Below are positions 1 through 8,981 of a stretch of 37,481 nucleotides of DNA, piece by piece; position 1 is the stretch's first letter, and every line of letters starts with the position of its first letter. The stretch is from Limisphaerales bacterium (GTDB lineage Bacteria > Verrucomicrobiota > Verrucomicrobiia > Limisphaerales > SIBE01): NCBI GenBank assembly GCA_044225505.1, contig JBGAIN010000082.1:1-37481 (forward strand), written 5' to 3'. Under the pieces are notes generated by a model. The model was not told the DNA's origin, did no database searches, and saw nothing but the letters and a program-made list of their open reading frames with translations. The translations under genes and the position numbers were made by a program.

Positions 1-1
1 A

Positions 2-1969
2 TTGAGATTTGTTAGGCGGGCGAGATGCATCTCGGAGAGCTTCGTTTCCGTGGTTCGTGGACGGACCCGTGAAGTCTGATTCCAGCGTATGACCAGACTC
101 TGGACCACCAAGAGCTGATCGCTTCTCGGCGTCAAGTCCTCCCGCAGAAAGGGGCGCCGCCGAGAGGACTTCATCAGCAGATTTGTCTCCTAGACTCGAA
201 GCAACGATCCTCCCGTCGAACGCGGATGGCTGTTCGGCGATGTCTTTTGTCTCAATGGCCTTCGCGGGGCGCGGCCTAGCCTGGGCGTCCATGGCTTGAG
301 TGACCATTTCAGGCATGACCACCCCGTTCGAGTCGCTACTCACTCCCTGTCGCGACGCCAGGTTGTCTGGACGTGCAACGAATGCTGAAGTTCGCTGGAC
401 ATCGCGGCCCGGATTTGGCTGATCGACGGTAGGCGGTCTTCGGTCCAGCCAGGATTCCGACCCCGATATAGACTCATCCGGAACCGCGGCTGAAGGAATC
501 TCCCCGGCCACAACCGGCGCACGAGGCGCGACCACCGTTGGTGTCAGCGGGTCAGACGCGTTGGACACCGGGGTTTGGGATTGAGACTCTCGGCGAGCCG
601 TGACGGTAGAACCGTGGGTCAGTTCGACACTGGGCCCTTGCGCTTCCGTCGCCAGGGCAGTTGTCTTTACGCCTTCTGATTCCCGGGTCGAGCCTCCCGC
701 CAGCACAGTGCGCGCGGTGTTGATTGGGATTGCTCCATCAGTGACTTCGGTTCCGGGAAGACTTGAACTCGTTCCCAGCCTCCCTACGGCTACGGGTTGA
801 GCTTGACCAGGTTTAGACAATCCGTTCGCAGCAGGAATAGCCGCAGGTTCGTGGCGGTCCAAAGGATTGCGTAAGCGTTGCCGGGAAGCCTCTGTCGCGC
901 CCTCCGTATCTGCCGCACGGGGATTCCGAGTCGAACCAATAACGTTCTCCAAAGGGCTCTCATCGGCCGCCGCAGCATGCTCATCCCCTGCTCTGTTGAG
1001 GCCCAAAACTTGCGGTTCTGATATGGCAAGAGGCCCGGGCGACCCGGGCCGGCTTGGCTGATCCACAGCGAGTGTTGTCGCACCTGTTGGCTGAGTCATG
1101 CGACGGTGCGGGTCCAACTCTTGCGATCTAGATCGGTCCACGGGCCGCGAATGCGTCCATTCCGCTGAGTTGTCTTTCACATCTCGATCCCGCTCAATCG
1201 GAGTGCCATCGGACCCAACATTGACTCCCCCCGCGATCGCCGGCGACGTCGGCGCTGAGGGCTGATCGGCTCCCGAGGACTCTTGCGCGTTTGGGCCGAT
1301 GCCAACGATTGGCACTGAGAGAGCAGTTGGCTCTCCTATCTGAACTCGATGGGTAGCCCCCGTCCTCGCAAAATCGCTTGGCACACTTAATCCTGCGGCC
1401 GAGTCTGCTAGCCTCGGCTCACGTATCGCCCCGAACTCCAGGCTTCCGCTAGCCTCCGGGAAAGACAGCGAATCACCAGTTCTCGAATCGATCGTGGCCG
1501 AACGGGGAAAGATCACCGCAGGGCTCTCTGAAAGCGCGAGCGCGACCGTTCTTGGTCCCGCGCCATCGAAATTTCGGGATTGGCTGGGAGCGACATCGGC
1601 CGGTGGTTCGCCCACTGCACGTGCGGACTCGTCAAATCGCGAAGTCCCCCGAACTTCACGCCCCGCGTCCACTGCTCTGCCGGTTGGAGAAGAGACTTCG
1701 AGGGCCTGCTCCTGCGTGGGTGTTGCTGACGCCGAAACAGCTTTTTTAGCCTCGGTAGCTTCCGGGTTTGCCGCGGCCCCAGGTGCGGGCAGGTTTGTTG
1801 ATTGGGAATGGTTCCCTGCGGGGTTTGGAACAAGTGCGGTGTCCATGAGGACCGCAAACGCACTATCGGCAGCTCCGTTGAGATCTGAATGCTCGGGCGA
1901 TGCTACCCCACTTGCAGGCTCGGTTTCGCCCACCAAGGTCCGAGGTGTTGAAAGGTTAGAAATGTTCAT
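2..1969 (-). CDS. Long low-complexity S/T/A/P/E-rich protein, probably flagellar hook-length control protein FliK (3'-partial, runs off the window)
   Basis: Not in the ORF track because it has no stop in the window. The ATG at 1969 overlaps the upstream TGA (ATGA). I read the frame from 1969 to 2 with no stop (656 codons; MNISNLSTPRTLVGETEPASG...). Its position after fliJ and a motE/ylxF-like gene matches fliK, but the diagnostic C-terminal domain lies outside the window. Confidence 0.65.
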   Translation of the reverse strand, partial: MNISNLSTPRTLVGETEPASGVASPEHSDLNGAADSAFAVLMDTALVPNPAGNHSQSTNLPAPGAAANPEATEAKKAVSASATPTQEQALEVSSPTGRAVDAGREVRGTSRFDESARAVGEPPADVAPSQSRNFDGAGPRTVALALSESPAVIFPRSATIDSRTGDSLSFPEASGSLEFGAIREPRLADSAAGLSVPSDFARTGATHRVQIGEPTALSVPIVGIGPNAQESSGADQPSAPTSPAIAGGVNVGSDGTPIERDRDVKDNSAEWTHSRPVDRSRSQELDPHRRMTQPTGATTLAVDQPSRPGSPGPLAISEPQVLGLNRAGDEHAAAADESPLENVIGSTRNPRAADTEGATEASRQRLRNPLDRHEPAAIPAANGLSKPGQAQPVAVGRLGTSSSLPGTEVTDGAIPINTARTVLAGGSTRESEGVKTTALATEAQGPSVELTHGSTVTARRESQSQTPVSNASDPLTPTVVAPRAPVVAGEIPSAAVPDESISGSESWLDRRPPTVDQPNPGRDVQRTSAFVARPDNLASRQGVSSDSNGVVMPEMVTQAMDAQARPRPAKAIETKDIAEQPSAFDGRIVASSLGDKSADEVLSAAPLSAGGLDAEKRSALGGPESGHTLESDFTGPSTNHGNEALRDASRPPNKSQ

Positions 1970-2565
1970 CGGCCGCCCTGAGGTTGATTGGAAGGTTTCG
2001 CAATCGCCAGACGCAGCCGTTCAGTGATGACGGCTGCATGTTTGGCTTCGGACTCCCCTTGTTTCCCCATGGATTCCAAGATGGGTGCAGCTTCCGAGTC
2101 TTTCATTAACGACAAGACTTTCACCAACGCGGGATCTTCCATCTGTTTGAGGATTTGAACCGCGTTCTCGGGGGCCATTGATGCGTACATACGGGCAAGC
2201 TTCTTGAGATTCGCGCTTTCCTGCTCTTCCACCCGGGTCACATTCCGGTCAAATTCCACCTGTAAATTGTAGATCAGCTGTGTGGCCTGGTTTAGTTCCT
2301 GGCGTTCCGAGTTGAGTCGCAACGAGAGTTCGTTCAATTGTCTTTCCTTTTCCGTCAAGTGCTCACGTTCTTTCTTAAGTTCCTCGACCAGGGACACCAA
2401 ATCCGGATTATGAAAAGTCCAGGAGGGAGCAGCGGGTTTGGGTTTGGCGTGCTGGGCGGCGTTGGTATCCAGCTTGTTTGGTGGCCAGACGGCAACGGTA
2501 ACTCCCCAATAGAGCAATGCCCCTAAAACTGTTGCGATCCAAGGAGACTGAATGATCTTAATCAT
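1966..2565 (-). CDS. MotE/YlxF/FlbB-like flagellar protein (N-terminal TM helix, coiled coil, MgtE-N-like domain)
   Basis: Hydrophobic N-terminus, a coiled coil, then NLKKLARMYASMAPENAVQIL...MKDSEAAPILESM; lies directly after fliJ. Confidence 0.8.
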   Translation of the reverse strand: MIKIIQSPWIATVLGALLYWGVTVAVWPPNKLDTNAAQHAKPKPAAPSWTFHNPDLVSLVEELKKEREHLTEKERQLNELSLRLNSERQELNQATQLIYNLQVEFDRNVTRVEEQESANLKKLARMYASMAPENAVQILKQMEDPALVKVLSLMKDSEAAPILESMGKQGESEAKHAAVITERLRLAIAKPSNQPQGGR

Positions 2566-3031
2566 AAAAGGAGCTAGAACCCACAGAATCGTTCGTGACC
2601 GGCGCGCAGCGTTGAGCTAAATCGTCGAGTTCTTTCTGTTCGCTTTTTCCCTGTTCCCGGATGAACTCCTGCCGCTGACGGTCGATATGCTTTTCCACCG
2701 CCTCGCGATCCTGGCGTGCCCGCAACATGGCCTGCAACGCGTCATGGCATACCTTTTGCATGGAGACCACCGCTGCTTGCGCCTGTTGCAGACGATCAGC
2801 CACATTGCGTCCGCAAGCGTGCCACTGCACCAAAGTGCCTGCGAGCCCCACGGAACTGACGCAGCGCTGCCATTGCATGGCCCAGTCGGTCTGCTCCGTC
2901 CTCAAGGCGTCGCGTTGATCCCGGGCTCGTTGTAGCTCAGCCAGACACTGCGCATACCTCTCAAGCGCAGTTCGCTCTGCGCGATGGCGCAAGGTGAGCA
3001 GCGCTTGCAACCGGAAACGGAAAGGCTTCAC
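2558..3031 (-). CDS. fliJ: Flagellar export protein FliJ
   Basis: MKPFRFRLQALLTLR N-terminus and EQKELDD C-terminal motif; 157-aa coiled coil overlapping the fliI stop. Confidence 0.9.
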   Translation of the reverse strand: MKPFRFRLQALLTLRHRAERTALERYAQCLAELQRARDQRDALRTEQTDWAMQWQRCVSSVGLAGTLVQWHACGRNVADRLQQAQAAVVSMQKVCHDALQAMLRARQDREAVEKHIDRQRQEFIREQGKSEQKELDDLAQRCAPVTNDSVGSSSFYD

Positions 3032-4407
3032 GCATCACCTCGGGAAGAGGGTTTTGGATGTGGTTTTTCGGCTTCCACTAGCGTTCTGCTTAGAGCCTGC
3101 CAACTCTGGTCCGCAGCGAAACCCTCATCGACCGCCTGACGAAGGAAGCGCTTCAAAGGCTCATGAAGCCGAATAGCGTGATCGATGGCAGCGTTGCTGC
3201 CAGCGGGATAAGCGCCAATATTGATAAGGTCCTGGTTTTGCCGGTACACAGCCAATGCCTCGCGTGCATTGGCCGCCACGCGCAGTCGATCGGGCGGATT
3301 CAAGTCACGAGCCAATCGGCTGATGCTGTCCAGGACATCAATCGCCGGATAGTGGTTTTGCGTGGCCAGCTCGCGCTTCAAAACGATGTGTCCGTCCAAA
3401 ATGGATCTCACCGCATCAGCAATCGGTTCGTTCATGTCGTCAGACTCGACGAGAACGGTAAACAATCCTGTGATTGAACCTCTCTCACCGGTTCCAGCCC
3501 GCTCCAGCAACTGGGGTAACAGAGAAAAGACGGAAGGCGTGTAGCCCCGGGTCGCAGGCGGCTCTCCGACCGCCAAACCGATCTCGCGTTGCGCCGTGGC
3601 GAAGCGTGTTACCGAATCCATCATCAGTAGCACATTTTGACCGGAGTCACGAAAATGCTCCGCAATTGCCATGGCCACAAAAGCGCCTTTCAACCTCGCC
3701 AGGGCGGGCTCGTTCGACGTGGCAACCACGATCACTGACTTCCGACGCCCCTCTTCGTCCAGGTCTTTTTCCAGGAACTCACGGACCTCTCGCCCTCGTT
3801 CGCCGATCAGAGCGATGACGTTGACGTCAGCCTCCGCCCGGCTGGCCATCATTCCCAAGAGCGTTGACTTTCCAACACCGCTCCCAGCGAAGATTCCGAG
3901 CCGCTGCCCACGTCCGCATGGAGTAAACGTGTCGATCGCTTTAATGCCAGTTTGAAAGACCTGATCGATCCGCTGCCGTTTTAGCGGATGCGGCGGTAAC
4001 AAATTGACACTGGCAAAACGTTCCGCTTTGACGGGCCCTTCTCCGTCCAACGGCTTCCCCAAACCATCGAGAACGCGTCCTTTTAATCCTTCTCCGACCG
4101 GGACCTGGAGCGGCTTACCCAGAGCAATAACTTCACTGCCAGGATGGATGCCATGCACCTCCCCAAGCGCCATCAACATCACGTGATGGTTTCGAAAGCC
4201 GACCACTTCCGCGAGCGTCGCGCCGTCATGGCGCGCAGACTCGATACGGCAGACTTCCCCGACCGCCACCAGCGGACCTTCCGACTCAATCACGAGGCCG
4301 ATTAATTGCACGACGCGGCCCCGATTCTGCACCACCGAGGTCTGTTGTACTCGGTTCAGCAGATGACCCAAGCGATTCTGGGGGACAATGGAAGAAGCAA
4401 GTGCCAT
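3028..4407 (-). CDS. fliI: Flagellar export ATPase FliI
   Basis: Walker A AGSGVGKS, LIGERGREVREF, LLMMDSVTRF, GEPPATRGYTPS, DGHIVL, YPAIDVL. Confidence 0.97.
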   Translation of the reverse strand: MALASSIVPQNRLGHLLNRVQQTSVVQNRGRVVQLIGLVIESEGPLVAVGEVCRIESARHDGATLAEVVGFRNHHVMLMALGEVHGIHPGSEVIALGKPLQVPVGEGLKGRVLDGLGKPLDGEGPVKAERFASVNLLPPHPLKRQRIDQVFQTGIKAIDTFTPCGRGQRLGIFAGSGVGKSTLLGMMASRAEADVNVIALIGERGREVREFLEKDLDEEGRRKSVIVVATSNEPALARLKGAFVAMAIAEHFRDSGQNVLLMMDSVTRFATAQREIGLAVGEPPATRGYTPSVFSLLPQLLERAGTGERGSITGLFTVLVESDDMNEPIADAVRSILDGHIVLKRELATQNHYPAIDVLDSISRLARDLNPPDRLRVAANAREALAVYRQNQDLINIGAYPAGSNAAIDHAIRLHEPLKRFLRQAVDEGFAADQSWQALSRTLVEAEKPHPKPSSRGDA

Positions 4408-4991
4408 TAAACCTCCATCGATTTCTTTAAGAGCTCGAGCTTGGTCTCGCGCCGAGCGTCAATCATTCCAAACCGGGTCTGTACCAGGCATCCGCCCCGG
4501 CTCACATCGACGCTCGGTCGAAAGTGCAATCGTTCTCCACCGACTTCTTCCAAAAGCACTGGAGAATTCACGCGCTGCAGAAGCTCGAGATCGCTGGCGT
4601 GCAGCAGAATGGTCAGGTCACTGGTTTCTTGAGCCCGCGCCAGCGCCTCACGCACGGTCGCCTCAATGAGTTCCGTAGAGATGGGAAGTCCCGCAACAAG
4701 TTTCTGGGCTGCCTCGAAGGCCAAATTGACGAGCGTCGCCTCACATTCACGCACTAATTGTGGCAACGTCTGTCGCAGCGATTCCAAAATGCCTGTCTGC
4801 AATTCCAGCAGTTCCGCCCGCTGCCGAAGAAGCTGTTCACTTAAATCCTTCTCGCCTTGCTGCCGACCTTTCTCAAAAGCCTGCTCTTCTCCTTCGCGCT
4901 GAGCTTGGCGATCCGCCCGAACGGCATCGAGACTAAGGAAACGCACATCCGCTAAGGGAGCATCCAGGCGTAGTTCGAGCACAGCCCTCAT
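4407..4991 (-). CDS. fliH: Flagellar assembly protein FliH
   Basis: AxxxGxxxG repeat (AFEKGRQQG) and C-terminal VSRGGCLVQTRFGMIDAR. The ATG at 4991 follows GGAG and the fliG stop (the track start of 5015 is probably too long). Confidence 0.9.
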   Translation of the reverse strand: MRAVLELRLDAPLADVRFLSLDAVRADRQAQREGEEQAFEKGRQQGEKDLSEQLLRQRAELLELQTGILESLRQTLPQLVRECEATLVNLAFEAAQKLVAGLPISTELIEATVREALARAQETSDLTILLHASDLELLQRVNSPVLLEEVGGERLHFRPSVDVSRGGCLVQTRFGMIDARRETKLELLKKSMEV

Positions 4992-4996
4992 GCGTT

Positions 4997-5761
4997 CTAT
5001 GCTCCAGCCTCGCAAAAGGCCGGCATGGCAGCGACTTCTTGGAACCTGACCATCTTCCGGCGAATCGCCTGGCCCAATTCTGGATTCCGTTCCTCGATGG
5101 AACTGACCAACCCTTTCCGGGTGTCTTGGTCGAGCGCATTAAGGAGTTCCGCGGCCGTTTTAACGCCCCCCGCGTTTTGCGGCGCATTGTTTCTGGGTCC
5201 AAGCCGCGAGATCAGGACGCCCACGAGTTTCTCAACGACCTCCCCCGGGGTTGGCCCTAGGGTGGCTAATCGTTCAATGATCTCCTCGCTCAATTTGACA
5301 CTGAGCATAGACAACACCTCCGACGCTTTTTCAGGCAAAAGAAAGCTTAACACAAGGGCTATCATTTGAGGCGGCTCGGACCGGACCAACGTCAGGATTT
5401 CTTGCGCAGTCAGTTCGCGCAACTGCTGTAAAGCAGGGAAAGTCGTCCGATTGGGAGCCACTCGACTGAGGATATTTGACGTCTGGCGAGGCCCTACAGC
5501 TTTCTCAAGGACCGTTTCAGCCAGAGTAATCCCGCCGGGCACAGACGCGGTCGCTTGCATCGCGACCGCGGTGAATTCCCGCAAGAGTTCGCGCTGCGTT
5601 TCCGGGTCTACCAAACGGATCGTCGCCATTTCCCGGGTGATGATCTCAATCTCGGGGACCTCCAGCCCGCGAAGTAACTGGGCTGCAGTTTCAGGGCCGA
5701 GCAGCACCAACAACGCGGCGAGCTTTTGTGCCTTGGTCATTTGGGTGAACGCTGTTCCCAT
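4997..5761 (-). CDS. fliG: Flagellar motor switch protein FliG, lacking the C-terminal torque domain
   Basis: FliG-N (QKLAALLVLLGPETAAQLL), FliG-M (EPPQMIALVLS, compare EHPQ), GG hinge and ELGQAIRRKMVRF, then a stop at 254 aa. Confidence 0.9.
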   Translation of the reverse strand: MGTAFTQMTKAQKLAALLVLLGPETAAQLLRGLEVPEIEIITREMATIRLVDPETQRELLREFTAVAMQATASVPGGITLAETVLEKAVGPRQTSNILSRVAPNRTTFPALQQLRELTAQEILTLVRSEPPQMIALVLSFLLPEKASEVLSMLSVKLSEEIIERLATLGPTPGEVVEKLVGVLISRLGPRNNAPQNAGGVKTAAELLNALDQDTRKGLVSSIEERNPELGQAIRRKMVRFQEVAAMPAFCEAGA

Positions 5762-5785
5762 AACTGAGTGCTCCTCAGAGCCACA

Positions 5786-7396
5786 TTAGTTTTTGCCTCC
5801 GACCATCCAAGCTCGAATCGCTTGAGTCATGTTGGTAGGGTTCTCCCGGATCAATTGATTCAATACATCGACGGTAATAGTGTCGGGCGTCTTGGGTGTT
5901 CCGGGGGCCGGAGCTGCGTGCCCGTTCCCGTTCTTCAGATTGGCGAAGTCTTTCAGCGGCACTCCCAGAGGGATGTCCGCCGCGGGCGTTCGGCGAAAAG
6001 TGCGCCAAAAAACAAACAGGATACCCAAAGCGAGCATTGGGTAGGCCACGTTCTTCCCGATTTCCCACCAGAGCTGGTGCTTACGCTCGGTTTCCAGCTG
6101 TTGTGTGATTTCCACTGCGGGCTGATCGTTGAATGGCATTTCCTCAACCGTGATTTCGTCGCGCCGTATCGCATCGTTTTCCTGAATTCCCAAAGCGCTT
6201 TGGACGATCCGCTTGAGCTTCTGCATTTCTTCGGGCGTCCGAGGAGTGGAGACGCGGTTGGTCCCAGTCACGGAACTGCGCGTCGCGACGAAAACAGCCG
6301 CTGAGAGGCGTTTAATGCCTCCAGCATTCTGCATCATGTTGCTGACGATCTTGTTGATCTCATACTGATTGTTGGTCACCTTTTTCCGGGTCCGATTGTT
6401 CACGACCGCGGACGCGCTCGTCGTCGCGTTCGTGTCAGTGTTGGCATCCGTCGCCGCGCCAGCCACTCCGCCGCCGTTGTTTGGAGTTGTCGATTCCACG
6501 TTCTCGTCGTTGATGGTTGCGGAACGTAAGACCTGACCTTCCGGGTCGAATTTTTCCTCGGTCCGGGTCAGACTGTCGAAGTTGATCTCAGCGGCAACGC
6601 GCACGACGGCTTGCCCAGGGCCGAGCACCTTATCGAGCATTCCTTCGGCTTTGCGAGAAAGGTACTGCTCAAAATTCTTTCGTGCCGTCAGTTGAGTCGT
6701 GGTCAAGCCGGCAATCGAATCGTTTTCACGGTTCTCGGAAAGCACGTTGCCTTGGTTGTCCACCACACTGACGTTTCCCGCGGATAGACCTTCCACCGCG
6801 TTGGCTACGAGGAATCGAATCGCTTCGACGGTCTGATTTGGCAAGTTTGCATTACCTCGCACTCGGACAAACACCGACGCGGTCGGTTTCTTCTGATTAT
6901 CGAGGAGCAATCGGTTTTCCGGAATGACCACCATCACTCTGGCGCTCTCAATACTATCGACCTGAGATATTGTGCGGGCGAGCTCGCCCTGGACAGCGCG
7001 AAGGTAATTGGCGCGTTGAACGAAGTCGGAGATCCCAAAATTCGGCTTATCAAAAATTTCAAAACCGACGCCTTCGCCGCGGGGAATTCCCTTGGCGGCT
7101 AACTGCATGCGAATGACATGGACCTTGTCTGCCGGCACGGAGATGGCGCCACCTCCACGGCTGATCTTGTAGGCGGTCTTGGTCTCGTCAAGTGCGGCGA
7201 TGACCTTCGCCGATTCCGTGTCATCGAGCTTTCCATACAGAAGGGCGTACTCGGACTGACCAGTCCAGAAGACCAAGCTGCCTAGTCCCGCGACGACAAC
7301 GAGCGCTGCCAGGATTAAACTGATGCGCTGATTGAGCCCAAGCTGTTTCCAGATGTCTCGCAACTGTTGCGCGATCTGACCAAGGCCGTTGTTCAT
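5786..7396 (-). CDS. fliF: Flagellar MS-ring protein FliF
   Basis: Two TM segments, GFEIFDKPNFGISDF, GELARTI, NVSVVDNQGNVLS, RLSAAVFV; 536 aa. Confidence 0.97.
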   Translation of the reverse strand: MNNGLGQIAQQLRDIWKQLGLNQRISLILAALVVVAGLGSLVFWTGQSEYALLYGKLDDTESAKVIAALDETKTAYKISRGGGAISVPADKVHVIRMQLAAKGIPRGEGVGFEIFDKPNFGISDFVQRANYLRAVQGELARTISQVDSIESARVMVVIPENRLLLDNQKKPTASVFVRVRGNANLPNQTVEAIRFLVANAVEGLSAGNVSVVDNQGNVLSENRENDSIAGLTTTQLTARKNFEQYLSRKAEGMLDKVLGPGQAVVRVAAEINFDSLTRTEEKFDPEGQVLRSATINDENVESTTPNNGGGVAGAATDANTDTNATTSASAVVNNRTRKKVTNNQYEINKIVSNMMQNAGGIKRLSAAVFVATRSSVTGTNRVSTPRTPEEMQKLKRIVQSALGIQENDAIRRDEITVEEMPFNDQPAVEITQQLETERKHQLWWEIGKNVAYPMLALGILFVFWRTFRRTPAADIPLGVPLKDFANLKNGNGHAAPAPGTPKTPDTITVDVLNQLIRENPTNMTQAIRAWMVGGKN

Positions 7397-7411
7397 TTCA
7401 GTTTAAACCTT

Positions 7412-7825
7412 TCAGACCTGCATGCGCATCAGTTCCTGGTAGGACTCCAGCAACTTGTTTCGAACTTCCACCATAAGCTGAAAGGAAACACTGGCTTCCT
7501 CCATGGCGATCATGGTCTGATGCAAAGAGACGTTGTCGCCGCTGAGCATTCCGCCAATCGCCTGATTCGCAGCTGCTTGACGGCCGTTCACCTCTCCGAC
7601 GAGTTTTCCCAATGTGCCTTCGAACGAGCCAGAGCCCGAGGACACCGAGCGGATAGCTGCGGCACCGTCCGTACTCACGGCGCTGCCGCCGCCGACTGTC
7701 CCCCCCAGTTTCTCCAACTCGCTCGCTGGAATCGCCTTGGTTCCGAACCCCTCGCCCACTCGAGGCAAACGAGCCATCCGGAGTTCGGGCGTGACCGAGA
7801 AATTGAGGGCTGTCAGCGGGTCCAT
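7412..7825 (-). CDS. fliE: Flagellar hook-basal body protein FliE
   Basis: C-terminal LHQTMIAMEEASVSFQLMVEVRNKLLESYQELMRMQV. Confidence 0.95.
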   Translation of the reverse strand: MDPLTALNFSVTPELRMARLPRVGEGFGTKAIPASELEKLGGTVGGGSAVSTDGAAAIRSVSSGSGSFEGTLGKLVGEVNGRQAAANQAIGGMLSGDNVSLHQTMIAMEEASVSFQLMVEVRNKLLESYQELMRMQV

Positions 7826-7844
7826 GAAAATTCCAGTTCAGAGA

Positions 7845-8185
7845 TCAACGTTTGCCAATGGCGAGAGTTTGCAGAGCTAAGGCGCGCGCATTCTTGACCA
7901 CAGCCAGGTTGGCTTCGTAGGCGGGTTATAAACAAGCCGGGCCGGTCTTTGATCCCGTTCAATCCGCGAGATATGGACCGTGCTGGAAGCTCCTCCTAAG
8001 GCCGAAGCTTGTTGCTCCTTTTTGAGCAGGCTCTCGAAAACGACTTGTTGGCGTTGATATGGTTTCCCGTCCACATCGTGCGTGGTATTAGCATGCGCGA
8101 TATTCTGGGCCACGATTTCCATGCGGATCCGCTCCGCTTCCAGCGCCGAACTTGTGCTATTGATGCCAGAAAGAAAATTGATCAT
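7845..8185 (-). pseudogene. flgC: flgC (proximal rod protein) with an internal deletion and frameshift
   Basis: The N-terminal FlgC sequence (RMEIVAQNIAHANTT, PYQRQQVVF, RLVYNP) is joined out of frame at 7922/7923 to the C-terminus AYEANLAVVKNARALALQTLAIGKR* (TGA at 7845-7847). The conserved HPxA...PNVN...EM segment is absent. Confidence 0.85.
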
Positions 8186-8190
8186 AACGA

Positions 8191-8577
8191 CTAAGCCGTT
8201 GATCGCCCGGTGATCGCCATGCGCAGCTTGACCAGGGAGCTCGTGATGAGGTGGGTCTCAACCGCGTGGGCCATCGTGTTCTGATTAAGATTTATCAATT
8301 CTGTGTCGAGCTCAACGGTATTGCCATCGCGCCGCGAGGAGACCGCATTGCTGTCGATCGCGATGGTAGGACGGACTCCGCTGATATGTGTCGAATCTTG
8401 CGAGGCGACTGCCCGGCGGAGTTCGGTGCTAAAGTTCGGATTAACATCGATGCGCCGGTAATTGGGAACCTCAATGTTGGCCAAATTGCTGGCGATCGCT
8501 TCGTGACGTAACGCTGTGGCGTCGAGCATCTTCTTCGTCGCCACATAATTAGGTTGGAGGAATAGGGAATTGATCAT
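8191..8577 (-). CDS. flgB: Flagellar basal-body rod protein FlgB
   Basis: LRHEAIASNLANIEVPNYRRIDV and RRDGNTVELDTE. Confidence 0.95.
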   Translation of the reverse strand: MINSLFLQPNYVATKKMLDATALRHEAIASNLANIEVPNYRRIDVNPNFSTELRRAVASQDSTHISGVRPTIAIDSNAVSSRRDGNTVELDTELINLNQNTMAHAVETHLITSSLVKLRMAITGRSTA

Positions 8578-8683
8578 AAGCCTGAATAAGGCTGGACCTT
8601 TTTGCCGGCGCCAGGCCCTTTCTGGAGCCCGACCGGTTGTCCGATGTTCAACTCTCCGACCATGTGCATAGCGTTTTGTGCCG

Positions 8684-8699
8684 AGCAGCCGTTATGCCA
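8684..8699 (-). promoter_or_regulatory. Sigma54 (-24/-12) promoter of the flgB operon
   Basis: Minus strand reads TGGCATAACGGCTGCT, an exact GG-N10-GC close to the TGGCAC-N5-TTGCW consensus, about 105 nt upstream of flgB. Confidence 0.7.
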
Positions 8700-8824
8700 C
8701 GGCAGAAACAGCCGCTTTTCTTGCAATTCTTGGGGATGTCATCGCCTTTGAGGCAATTGTTTCCCTTCTCCCTCAGCCTCCTAGGCAACCTTGACCCTCC
8801 GCTCCGGGCACAGGCAACGCGGGC

Positions 8825-8851
8825 TCAAGTTTTCGAGCCACCCGCCGATGA
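8825..8851 (+). promoter_or_regulatory. Sigma28 (FliA) promoter of flagellin
   Basis: TCAA (8825-8828)-N15-GCCGATGA (8844-8851), matching the TAAA-N15-GCCGATAA consensus. Confidence 0.8.
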
Positions 8852-8884
8852 GTGCATTGGCAGCTGACCGCCAGTAAGAGTCAG

Positions 8885-8981
8885 CAAGGAAAAGGCGATG
8901 CCTCAATCAAGTTCGCTACACGGCAGGGATGCCGTGTTAATACAAACCTCCCGAAAGGGATGACTCAAGGAAAGAGTCTAT
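8885..8981 (+). promoter_or_regulatory. Flagellin 5' leader with GGA-loop hairpins (putative CsrA/RsmA sites)
   Basis: ACACGGCA-GGGA-TGCCGTGT (8918-8937), TCCC-GAAA-GGGA (8949-8960), GACTC-AAGGAAA-GAGTC (8962-8978, SD in the loop) and CAAGGA at 8885. Confidence 0.65.
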
